This document shows positions 37,899 through 49,200 of a stretch of DNA of 64,000 nt, one piece after another. The translations under genes were made by a program, and so were the position numbers. Within the stretch, counting starts at the first letter, position 1. Every line of letters begins with the position of its first letter. Source of the DNA: Phoronis australis (lineage: Eukaryota > Animalia > Phoronida). The notes below the pieces were generated by a model. That model ran no database searches and was not told where the DNA came from. It saw nothing but the letters and a program-made list of their open reading frames with translations. Where the stretch lies: positions 304,510-368,509 of the forward strand of contig NMRA01000046.1 of NCBI GenBank assembly GCA_002633005.1, given 5' to 3'.

Positions 37899-39175
37899 TG
37901 AATAATGAAACTGAACAAATTTATCTCAATCTCTCTTGACACAATCAAGAATTTCCCCCAAACAGGTACTGTAGGGCCATCCTAACATATTCTGGAAGGG
38001 CAGTTGTCCTAGAACTCCAGGAGCACATGTGACCCCTTGAGGAACCTTGTTGGGACGAGGTCAATGTGTTACAAATATTGACCAATCTCTAGCTATTTCG
38101 GGTTATATGTAGTGAGGCTGAGGGTATCTGTTATTTAGTTGATGATTTATGTTATTCTATATACCGTGGATGCTGATATCACAACACAAGTGTATTATCA
38201 AGGGTTTACCATTCCGTTTGTGACGACATTCTCTTCAGAAACCTGTTTCTTGGAACTTCCACTTCTAGTCCGGGAGCCAGGGGGTTGAACCTGGTTTTGC
38301 TGGATAAAGTTTTTTATTGGCAATGAGAAAAACATTACAATATCACAAAAAGACATAGAACACCACACACACACACGCATACCCATAACTAATCCTCTTG
38401 ACTGCTAAGAAAAACGTTTCAAAGTTACACCATCTTTTTTGTATAACTTCTAAATTCAAATCCTTACGAGCATTATACTTTTCACTCATATAATATTCTT
38501 TGATGAAGTTAAAAAAATACTTAGAAGTAATCTTTTATCTAAATTTTTGGATATAAATAAACTGTTTACCCAATAATAAAACAATGTTTTTAATTTTTTT
38601 TATCAAAAAACTCAAAAATAACGTTACAGGAGAGAGTGCCGACACACTGGGGATTGGCTTTGTTTAGAATTTTGTTATAACTCGTGTCCGAAATGAATTA
38701 ACTGTTTCACATTCCCAAAATAAGTGTTTCAAAGTCTCTTTCGATTGTCCACAAAAGGAACAAGAGTCGTCAAAGTTTTCGTCAAGAGTCTGAACTGAAG
38801 CCACATAATTCTTGGGTCTCTTGTTGTGTTACATAGAAGGGAATAAACATCTTCCCATGAAAAATTAGTTGTGTTTACGTTCAGTTCGTTGACCCATTTT
38901 GACTCCGCTTTCGAGACTTCGGAACTATAATTTAATTGTGTACAGATATGTTGACACCCTCTCCCGCCACTTTTCAGTTTCATTAAAATCGTTGGCATAA
39001 CAGGACAATACGCATCAAAACTAACAACTCTATCAATACCACATTTCTGTTGGTACTTAGATATCACTGAAATTTGATTATACTCCATAAAGTTCGTTTT
39101 GATACCTAAAATATCCACAATAAATCTATAGTTCAAAATATTACCGTCTGGGGATAACAAGTCCTTTATAAAGAC

Positions 39176-40199
39176 CATAGGCGGATTTAGGGGGGGGGCC
39201 CAGGGGGCCCGGGCCCCCCCCCCCCTTGGCTGCCGCAAAAAAAATAAAACAGAAAGAGCGTAGGGAAATGGTGAGTTTATTAATTAATCCCGGTAATTAA
39301 AATTATACGGATGAAAAAAGATTTAAATGTGTGCAGTTTTAGTGTTGGGGGGGGGGGCTCACACCCAATTTCAAGTGTCAAATTCGGAACACGGCGCATT
39401 CGTAACGGAACTATGGCTAAGTATAGGCTCTCCCGCGATATCCCAGGCGACCGGCAGTGGCGCTGCGCAGTACGACTCCGTTTTCGTCGTCTGCTCCACT
39501 GTGCAATGAAGAAATTTTACTTCATTTTTTAAAGAGAATGGAACCTGAGTGACGATGAAAAAACAGAAGCTGTTGGCAAGATGTGAATTTTAATCGAAGC
39601 CTTAGTGAATCACTCAGAAACTCGCAATACTCTCTTTGTCAAACCTTATCTTAAGACGATTTCCAAAGCAATCCCGTCATTATTGCCAATACGAAAAACG
39701 GATTTGGTCTTTTGGGCATTTGAAGACTATTTTAAATACGACAAATTTGTTAAGAATTGATGGCGCAAAATATAAAACGTATAGCATTACAAAAAGAAGT
39801 AGGTTTCGCGCGCAAACGCTGTGGACTATAAACAAGTAGGTCTTTTAGTACACGCCTAGTAGTTAAATCGTGGTGGTGTAGTGGCAACGCACGTGCTCAC
39901 TATGCTACAGGTAGTGAGTTCGAGTCTGTGGTACGATTAGTTCAAGTTTTCCTGTATGACACGTTCTCCGTTTTTTTCTTCTTTTTTTCTTGGATAATAC
40001 TTCAGGAATCAAGGAAAATGCTTGATTTTTAGAGGTAAAAACAGAAAAATTTCCTGAGCGGGAGGGGGGAAAACCCCCCTCCCGATCTCCCCCCATTCGG
40101 TGCTATGCGCATCTACAATCGTGGTGCAGTTTGCGCAAATGCCTACAGCCGAACAAAAAGTTGGGCCCCCCCCCTTGTGATATCCTAGATCCGCCACTG
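39176..40199 (+). mobile_element. 1024-bp non-autonomous DNA transposon (MITE), imperfect TIRs, 5-bp TSD AAGAC
   Basis: Ends CATAGGCGGATTTAG ... CTAGATCCGCCACTG; AAGAC at 39171-75 and 40200-04; removing it restores LINE ORF2 (RGIVF|IKDLL). Confidence 0.92.
39867..39937 (+). pseudogene. Degenerate tRNA-like sequence inside the MITE
   Basis: 71 nt; acceptor stem ATCGTG/TACGAT, A box TGGTGTAGTGG, D stem GTGT/GCAC, B box GAGTTCGAGTC; anticodon arm broken. Confidence 0.55.
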
Positions 40200-40660
40200 A
40201 AGACTATGCCTCTATTGCACCAGTTCCTGTAAAAAATACTTTTTCCTCCTGCCTGCAGATCACTGCTAAACCATAAAGGTTGGTTAAGAAAATCTATCTG
40301 ATTTTTGATCTTCAAACAATTTCCAAAGGAGATTACACATTCAAAAAATCTTTCTAGAAGTGATTGTCAGTATTAGGCAACTTTATCTTGAGAAAGTCAA
40401 CTCCGTACTTAGCGAAATTTCTAAATTCAGGAAAAATCAAATGAAACAAACCGGCAGTCTTAGACTGATCGTTTACAAATTTTGTTAACATGTTAATCTT
40501 TAAAGTCTTACAGAATGAAAATATGTTTATCATTCTGATACCTCCTTCATTATAATTACAAACAGTTCGGGAGCGCTTAATTTTGTCGATGCGACCTTGC
40601 CAGAGGAATTTAAAAAACATTTGAGTTCAGTTTTTCTAGTTTTTTCTTTGCTGTTTCATG

Positions 40661-43231
40661 TAGCCTGGGGTTAACTTACCATAAATTAAGGGAATGACCG
40701 TTCGCAACCCTTGCGCATTTTTTTAAATATGCAAATTAAGGTCGCCATTATGCAAAATTCTATTTTTGGTTATAATTTCCTTACCAAGAACTGCAGCCCG
40801 ATTATTTTGATGTTTTTACCCATGTTTCTATGGCCAACGAATTTAATAGTACACGTTTTTAGGTGAATACATGGTCAGGTTGCATAATTTATGCAAATTA
40901 AGGCTGCCATTATTCAAAATTCTTGTGCTTATAGCTACTGTACCAGGCACCATAGATGAACTATCATGATATTTGCACCTATATTCTTTTGGTCAAGTGG
41001 TTTAATGAAATCGCTTTGCATGTTGTTGCATGATAAATTTGCATGATTAATGCAAATTTGCAGAACTTTTGCAAATTAAGGACGCCATTATTCAAAATTC
41101 TACTTGTGCTTATATCTACTTGTGCTTATGGCTGCAGTACAAAGCACCACAGGTAAACTCTCGTGGTATTTGAACGTTCCTACGGTCAATTAGGTTAATG
41201 AAATCAGTTTGCAAGTTGCATGATAAATTAGCATAATTTATGCAAATAAATGCAGCCATTATCAAAAAATTCGTTTCTGCTCGTAACTTTCTTACGGGGG
41301 CAACTACATGTAAATTATTTTGGTATTTTCACTGATGAATTTAATGTAATCTGTCATATCGTAAATATAAATAATCTGTAATTTATTACACAACATTACA
41401 AATTCTAGTTTTGTCTGATACCCATGGTATGTGCAGTAGTAGATGTCCAAATTGTTTAATTGCATAAACCCAGGACAATAACCTATCAAATGGAGACCAG
41501 TCACAAGATGTTTCAAATGCGTCAATTCAACACTCGGAACCTGAGCACACTACAGTATGACGTGCTCAAAATATTGTGGGGGGGTAGAAAATTGACTCTG
41601 CAATTGTATCTACTTGAATTTCGTGGAATCTGACTAACGTGTTACACCCCTACAGTGCATGGGCAGGGAGGAGACCTTCACAATATCGCTACATGTTTTC
41701 ACTGTTAACTTCGTGTCTACGACTGTTCTATGCTTACCTGGTGATTTCATGGTTGTGGTATTTGAATTAAGCTGTTCCTTGTCTTAGTTATGCACACGAA
41801 GGACAAATATATTTTTATCATCCGAAACAACCTAAAATTGTTTAAGTTCATATGCACATTTCACGTCCTGTTGGACAATAATGGAGCTAACTTCATGGGA
41901 TGTTTCGATCTCCAATGTCCTTGTACTGGTATATAAGGGACAAGGATCTCTATTAGTGATTGCCTACTTGTGTTCCTAACGTACTGGTAGCCTTTCTCGA
42001 AGTCTGATAACATTGCCTGTCCCATACTTATTGTTTCATGTACGTTGACCGTTGAAGTAGCAATCCTGTCACTGCTAAAGTTCACCACTGCGTCTTTGGG
42101 ATGGACATTGGGACTCCAATAGATCGATGCTGGTATCTACTTTTGACAGATCCGTGCAATATCCTGGGCATGTGCATCAAGACGTGCCTTACTTTCTTTC
42201 GTGTGATAAATTTTAGTACAGGATTTGATGTTACCTCTCTCCAAGATCTGTTTCAGTCTTGTAGGACAAATGGCAAATTGTCCCCAAAGTTTAAGATTCT
42301 CTACTTTGAGGGCAATTCCTTACTATTCCCTCACTACTGCATTCGTACCTCATCAATGTGGTCCCTTAACAGATTGCTCTGAGCTCCATTCCAGCATTCG
42401 CCCAAGTCATTAAACTAATTTGCGTTTTTTCTATGGTCTGTAGGAACGCAGGATTATAGGCAATATCTTTTTGGAATTTTAGGTCTCAAATTGCAGAACA
42501 CACTCTACACAAAATATTTTCTTACATCATCAAAAAGGAGATTCTGCAAATTTATCATCCTACAACCTGCAAACAGATTTCATTAAATTCATTGACCACT
42601 GAAACATAGGTGCAAATATTTATAACAAACCTCTGGTGTCTGATGCAGTAGTTATAAGCACAAGTAGAATTTTGAATATGGCACCTGTAATTTGTGTAAA
42701 TTATCAAAAACATAAGATAAATTCGAAAATAATCTGCATGTAACGTCCGTAAGGAAATTAAGAGCAGAAACAGTATTTGGAATAGTGGTGTCCATTATTT
42801 GTATAAAATATGAAAATTCATCATGCAACAACTTGCAAACTGATTTCACAGAAACATGGGTAAAGACGTTAAAGTAGCTTTATACTTGTGGTGCCTGGTA
42901 CTTCAGCTAAAAGCAAAAGTAGAATATTGAATAATGGCGGCCTTAATTTGCATATATTGTGCATGTTTTAAGCAAATTCACGATTATCCACCAGCAAACG
43001 AGGTCCATTAAATTCACTGACCATGTAAGCATGGGTGAAAATATTAATGCAACCCGTCTGCAGTGCATGGAAAGGGCGCTTTAAGCAACAAATAATTTTG
43101 AATAATGATGGCCTTAATTTGCATTAAGTGTGCAAATTTATCATGCAACAACATGCAAACAGGTTTCATTAAACTAATTGACCATAGAAACATAGGTGCA
43201 AATATGATAATTCACCTGTGATGATTGGTAC
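40661..43231 (-). mobile_element. Decayed DNA transposon (Academ-like) with long inverted sub-terminal repeat arrays and a transposase relic at ~41990-42410
   Basis: Units ATGCAAATTAAGGNCGCCATTATTCAAAAT at 40725-41280, inverted at 42560-43230; minus-strand remnants WNG..TTLMRY..GIVGIALK..LKLW, HTKESKAR, HPKDAVVNFSSDRIATSTVNVHE. Superfamily assigned from memory. Confidence 0.6.
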
Positions 43232-45455
43232 ACAGGCCCGTAGCCAGCATTGCGCGGGGGTGGTTCGAATATCTAGAAAGGTGGACCTTTTGCAAACGTC
43301 GACACTCGAGTTTTCGGTAAGGCGCTTGAAGCTTAATTATGGGCAAGGGATATATCCATGGCAACGATGGCTCTCAGCTCTATGTTGCTGAATACGGAGT
43401 TTGTAATACCAGAAATGAGGATGTCGTGACGGTTGCTCGCAAAAAACGAGACTCAAATTCGGACGTAATGTGATCCATAAATATAGGCCTAACGTTATGC
43501 CAAACTTTCAAATCGGGCTTTTTTAATGAGTGATTACACCTCATTACATACTTGGACGGTAATATTTAGTCGGAGAATGACTTGACGTAATTTTTCACCT
43601 GATTGTATTTTTGTTAAAAGTTGCTTTCATCGCTGGAAATAGGAACAGCCCACTATTCCGAAGTATCACTATTCCGAAGGTTCACTTCTTCGAAGGTTCA
43701 CCACTCCGAAGGTTCACTACTCCGAAACTGTTATACTTTTACATGCAAAAATAATCTGCACTTCGGTTATTAGATGCAACTACAATTGTATACCGACAAC
43801 AATCATGATACACCCGGCTAATAAATCACTTTGTTTGGACGTCATGTGCATGTGACATTGTCCGCATATGTCTTAGTACGAATATGGTAAATTGAGTACG
43901 TGCTTGCATTTTTAAAAGAATATGAAGTAGGAATGTTGATGAATTATCAACCACGATATATTCATCAATCCCATTTCAAGATCGCATCATTTCACAGCGC
44001 GACAGATAAGTTTAGGGCGGCTGCGCTTCAACCTCACCCACTGGAACTGCTCGCACGGCCGGGTCGAAACTAAATGTAGTTAATAGGCTACCCTGTTCCT
44101 ACCAGTCTTCACGAAGTCTCATTCAGTCTTCTTAAATTTAAAACCGCCGTTGGTCGCCACATTTTGGACCTGTGACCCAGATGTTCTCCCTAATTGAGAA
44201 TGAGTCTTTAGTTAACTTTCATCAGTGAATCCCGATTGCCGAGTTGGAACAGAGCTCTTCTGTAGGGTAAACGTACCTCTCCCTCCAGTCTTGGCCCCTG
44301 GAGTTAGGGTTTGGTATCCGGCTGCCAGCCTCTGTAAGTATGCGAATCTACACAATACCTCATTTTTCCTCCGTTTTCTTTTGGTGCGTCCCTGCGGATG
44401 GGCATGAATGAGCTGTCTTCAACATCTCTCGTGGCGCTTTTTATTGCCCATCTTTCCAGAGATTATTATTTTATATTTATGTTATTTCTACACTCATATT
44501 TCTGTACCTTATCAGTCATAATAAATGACCTTATATCCCCTATACACGGTCTCCTTTGTATCTCTGGAAACGGAGCTTGCGACGCACCTATTATTTTCGG
44601 GGCATATTCCGAGCACTCATAAACAATGTAAATCCAACATTTTGGGACTATTAAACTCTTGCACACCCTTTAGATGATTACTAAATAGACACAAATACAA
44701 CACTTTATTCATGTCAGCTGAATCATTAGTAGAAAATCAGAGTCATGAACTGTCGGAATTCTGGTTTCGGAATTGTGGACATTTGGAGTAGTGAAGGTAG
44801 TGAACCTTCGGAGTAGTGAACCTTCCGTGTAACCTTGGAAATCTTTATAGACCGGCAGCCCAGAGCACTTAGCATAGATGAACGAGGTACCAACATCTGA
44901 CCACGGGAGCATTTAGAGTTGGCCTCAGTAGGTACAGAAATGGACGTCTGCCGTTGTCTCAGTGCAGTCTGGGTGTGACCCTTGGGGGCCTATGAAAGGG
45001 CCCAAAAATGAGCGAGACTAGATATTTGAGGTACCAACAAAAACTGATTTAAAACGAACAATAGCACCGCACTGAACACGGAATGACCCATGACAGACAA
45101 ATTGCACTCTGGAATGGCGGGTCCGGCAGAAAGTCCGGACCCCCCAAAATGAGCTAGCACATACATTCGAGGAACCACTGACAAAAAAAAAACAATTCCA
45201 TATGATTCAATACATGTCACAGATCACTAAATGCCCTATGACAGGCAAATTACACTCTGGATTGTGCCCGACAAACCCCCAAATGAAAAACTTATCTCAA
45301 TCATCTGGTATGCCATCACTGAGAAAAATGTGAGCTCTATGGGTCATTCGGTGCCAGTGTCAACGCCTTGCCGTGCAGAGAGAGAACCACCAGTCCCGGA
45401 CAGTCGTTTAATCGGTTTTGGAACCACCTATTGAAAACTTCTGGCTGCGTCAGTG
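43232..45455. mobile_element. MITE CAGGCCCGTAGCCAG...CTGGCTGCGTCAGTG hosting a foldback-like element (~43642-44835)
   Basis: Degenerate TIR with GGTGGTTC/GAACCACC; 16-bp CACTACTCCGAAGGTT units at 43651-43730, inverted at 44765-44830. Confidence 0.6.
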
Positions 45456-46103
45456 AGGCTGATAATTACAGCAGTGGCGAAGAGATTGGGAGCAAGAGCT
45501 AGGGTCAGAAGTTACTAGTTGCTGGCTCCCGGAGCGTAAGTACATAGTCGGCCGGGCAGTGAAAAGGCGCCGAGAGGAGCAGGTATCAAGCTACCAAGAA
45601 TAAAAAGGGAACACAATGTAACTTGATTTCCCCGCGATTACTGTTAAATAAAACGAGGAAACGTGACATTGGATTTTTTTCGTACCAAGATCATGATTTG
45701 TTTCTATGTGTAACATACAAAAAATCCGTTTAGATTTATGAGTGGTTCGTCAAACCCGGCGTCCCGTCCATCTGCTACTTGCCGGGCAATAGGCCTAGCG
45801 TCCAGGGCCGTGTTTAGCAATATTGACCTGGAGTACCGTGACAAATAAACTGTTGGATCCGTAACCTCTATAACGCATTACTTTCATTTTTCACTGTTGC
45901 TAATGCAACGTTAATACAGACGTTCTCTGGCCTGTAACAAACAACTATCAAGCCCAAGTGCAATTCGATTAGTCCACAAGATGTCGCAAATCACGAATGA
46001 AGTTCTTTTGCATGCAGAAAACAAAAATATTTGTGACACGCATCTCGGTGTTATCAAGTCGTTTGTGTTTTCTTGTCTGTTTTGTTTCCAATATTTGACC
46101 GCA

Positions 46104-46200
46104 ATGTCATCGAAAGATTTGCTCAATAGGCTCAAAAAGTTTGACGCCTATCCAAAAACTTTAGAAGACTTCAGAATAAAGACATTTGCTGGAGCAAGCG
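46104..46200 (+). CDS. ERGIC3: ERGIC3 exon 1
   Basis: MSSKDLLNRLKKFDAYPKTLEDFRIKTFAGAS, GTACGT donor. Confidence 0.93.
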
Positions 46201-49200
46201 GTACGTACGGACTTGACAGTCGGCACCGACGATAGCGTTTTGAATCGGCATTCGACAATATTAATTATTTTACACTATTACACAGTAACCTGAGTGATCA
46301 ATCATCAAGGATTGAGATTCTGGTAGTTATTGTTCTTTTAGGCAGGTACTCTGTCCAAAACCAGCCTTGAAATCAGCTACCATGGCTGATCATTTTCGNC
46401 CCCCCCCCCCTATACTAAACTATAGTTGGCATCAATTTATGGCAGTTATCAGAGTTATCTGCAAGAGCGATATGGGAAAAAAGTGAGCAAAACACTGCTG
46501 TAGTGGGGCATAGGCACCTTTTGGCATTTGAACATAGGGCCTACGCACCGTAAGTTACGTTCAGTGCTCAAGGTGGCTTTGGGTGCCTATTTACCTCTTA
46601 TTTTACCACTAGTCACTACGTCTACAGCACTGGAGCAAAACATTTTTTTCAGTGTCATTAAAAACTACACTCTCTTCCTTCAGTAAACTAATTATCTGGT
46701 CACCATTGACTGCTGCGAAAAGAATTCTATCAGTCCGTTAGGTGTTATTTGGCAGTTAAATTTGTGGAGCGATCATACGATTCAACTTTTGACTTGAGCG
46801 CTATCTGTTGGCTGATTTCTGTTCTCTCCAATTCTTCAGTCCACTATTTTTTTCACAAGATTGTTCACAGTAAACAACAAATAATGACTATCAGCTGTAC
46901 TTCAGTGTTGGTTTTGAGTATTCAGTATGAGTGAACCGCAATCTGGGAAAATTTTGCAAAATTGTCATTGTCACGTTTTTCCTCGTGTGTGGGTGGGCGC
47001 AGGTTGTTACAGACCGGTGCTAATAGCTTTCGGTGCGATGATTGACTGCAGACTGGTACGAGTTAATCCTTTATTAATCCCAACCGTATGTTCACAAGCC
47101 TACTCAAACAAAACGTCCGACGTAATGTCTGTTTATGCTCCAGCCAATGCTGCGAACCCTTGACTTGTGATGAACTTCTGAGACACGTTCAGCAACTGTT
47201 ACACTCGTCGATTCAATAAGCTGCTGTCTCTATAGCTGGCTCTCTATTGACTATCGCTGTAACTGCTGATTCTCTTCACTGCAACTCAACTGTAATCTCC
47301 TGATTAACTTTCTTGAACTCACCGATTAACTGACTTGATCTGATCTAACACAAACTCGTGCTTGTGTACTTATAGCCTAATGAATTGTTCTGGAACTTTA
47401 CATCAATTAAGCACATTCTAGAACTTTCCTGAATCTACCCAATCATTCTACAAACATATACTAGTCTCTAGAATATTCCAGACTGCATTAATCATTGTCA
47501 TGTTACAGTCTTCTAGAAAATTCCACACTATACTGCAGTAAACAAATTACATCATCACTACTGAACTCAGTCTACTAGAAAGTTCCATACTATTCTGTAG
47601 TAAACAAATTACATCATCATTGTACTTAACTCAGGGGTCATGCCAATCAAACAGAATAACAAAACAATACAATACAACTAAAAATACTGTCAGACTATAT
47701 TCTGACAGTCATCACCTCTCAAAAGATGTCCCTTTACCAAACTAAAAGTCAAGCAAATGTCACATGTGAGCATGTCACGAGTGTACTGTTTTGAAAATGT
47801 CAGCTGACTTTTCTTTTTACAAAAACAGAGAGTGTTGTAAGGAAATGCCATGCATCAAACTGTGTGCAGCTGTATGCGTAACAGGCAGAAGGTAGGAGTC
47901 ATATAAATGCCTGAGTTGTGAAAACTTCTGTACAGTTGGGCATGCTACATTGTGGTGCAAGTTTCATAGCAAGAGGCAAATAGAGTTGTGGCGAAATTGA
48001 GAAAGCAATGTTGTCAAATTTTTACCCGCGTTGTTCACTAGCTGTGTTTTGATATTCAGTTTTACACAACTAGTTAACTGGCTATTGGTACCCCATTTGA
48101 CACAGTAAGCATTCTATATCATTCATGAATTGTTGCTCACCTGGTGGTATATATTGTTTCCTGATTTTGATAACCAAACCGTCACAGAGTAATGTGATCA
48201 TTAATCAGTGGAACTGTAACTGATTCTCCGAAGCCTGGATTGTTACATCTGACCAGTATTGTCATTGCATATCAGCCGTGTAAGCTTTACACAAGTGGAT
48301 AGAGCAGCCATCATTGAATAGACATGGCGGTCTCAGTTTCAATCGTACAGGATAGAAGTCGTGCTGTTTTGCCGCATCAACTGTCTAAGACACCACTTAT
48401 TGGTCATTCCCCACCATAGCGTCAGCTGCTAAGCTGAAGCCCACGAGATGCAGGTGTAACTTTGCTAAATGTGAGTTAACAGTTCAAGTATTTGTTTTAA
48501 ATGATTTCTTCTATTATTCGGCAATTGTAGTTTCTATCAGTCCTGGATCCTGTGAATTGGTTGCATCTATTGAATGAATGTCCCACTGTTTGAAGTGGTT
48601 ATTGTCTCCATTGGTTAACCAGTATCACTTCTTCTCAACAGTCACCATTGTGAGCGGTATTTTGATGTTCATCCTGTTTGTCTCTGAATTGAATTACTAC
48701 TTAACCAAGGAAGTTCACCCAGAACTGTTTGTTGATACATCAAGAGGTCAGAAACTAAAGATCAACATAAATGTTTCATTCCCAAGGTTGTCTTGTGCAT
48801 GTAAGTTATCTAACAACTTGGATTTCTTAACACCAAGCTTTCTGGTGTACAGCTGTTGAATCAAATTCATTATTGTCTAAACATCTATGTTTTTGTGCCA
48901 AAAATCTTTACCAAAATTTGGCTTTGTATGCTACGTAACTAGTTATGATAAATGAGCTTAAAATTGAGATTTTTTGGGAAACGTGTAAAAAGACACACAG
49001 GTTATTTTTATCAAATTCGTTATCCCCAATTTGTTTGTAGTGCAATGCATACATAAAATGTCAAAGTCTACCCATTACAACTCCAAGCCCCTTTGAACAG
49101 CTTCCTAACTTTTGGCTTTAAATTGTAATGTGCATTTCTTTTAATTTTGGTCGTCTATGTTGATGTGTTATGCTTTTAGTTATTTTCTTCATTGCATCAA

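Larger units (their letters stand above)
38310..40650 (-). mobile_element. 5'-truncated L1/Tx1-group LINE (ORF2 C-terminal part and 3' UTR), split by a MITE
   Basis: FLWQGRIDKIKR..EGGIRMINI, WCNRGIVFIKDLL, WLQFRLL, zinc-knuckle-like ETLKHLFWEC; AATAAAAAA tail at ~38310. Confidence 0.88.
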
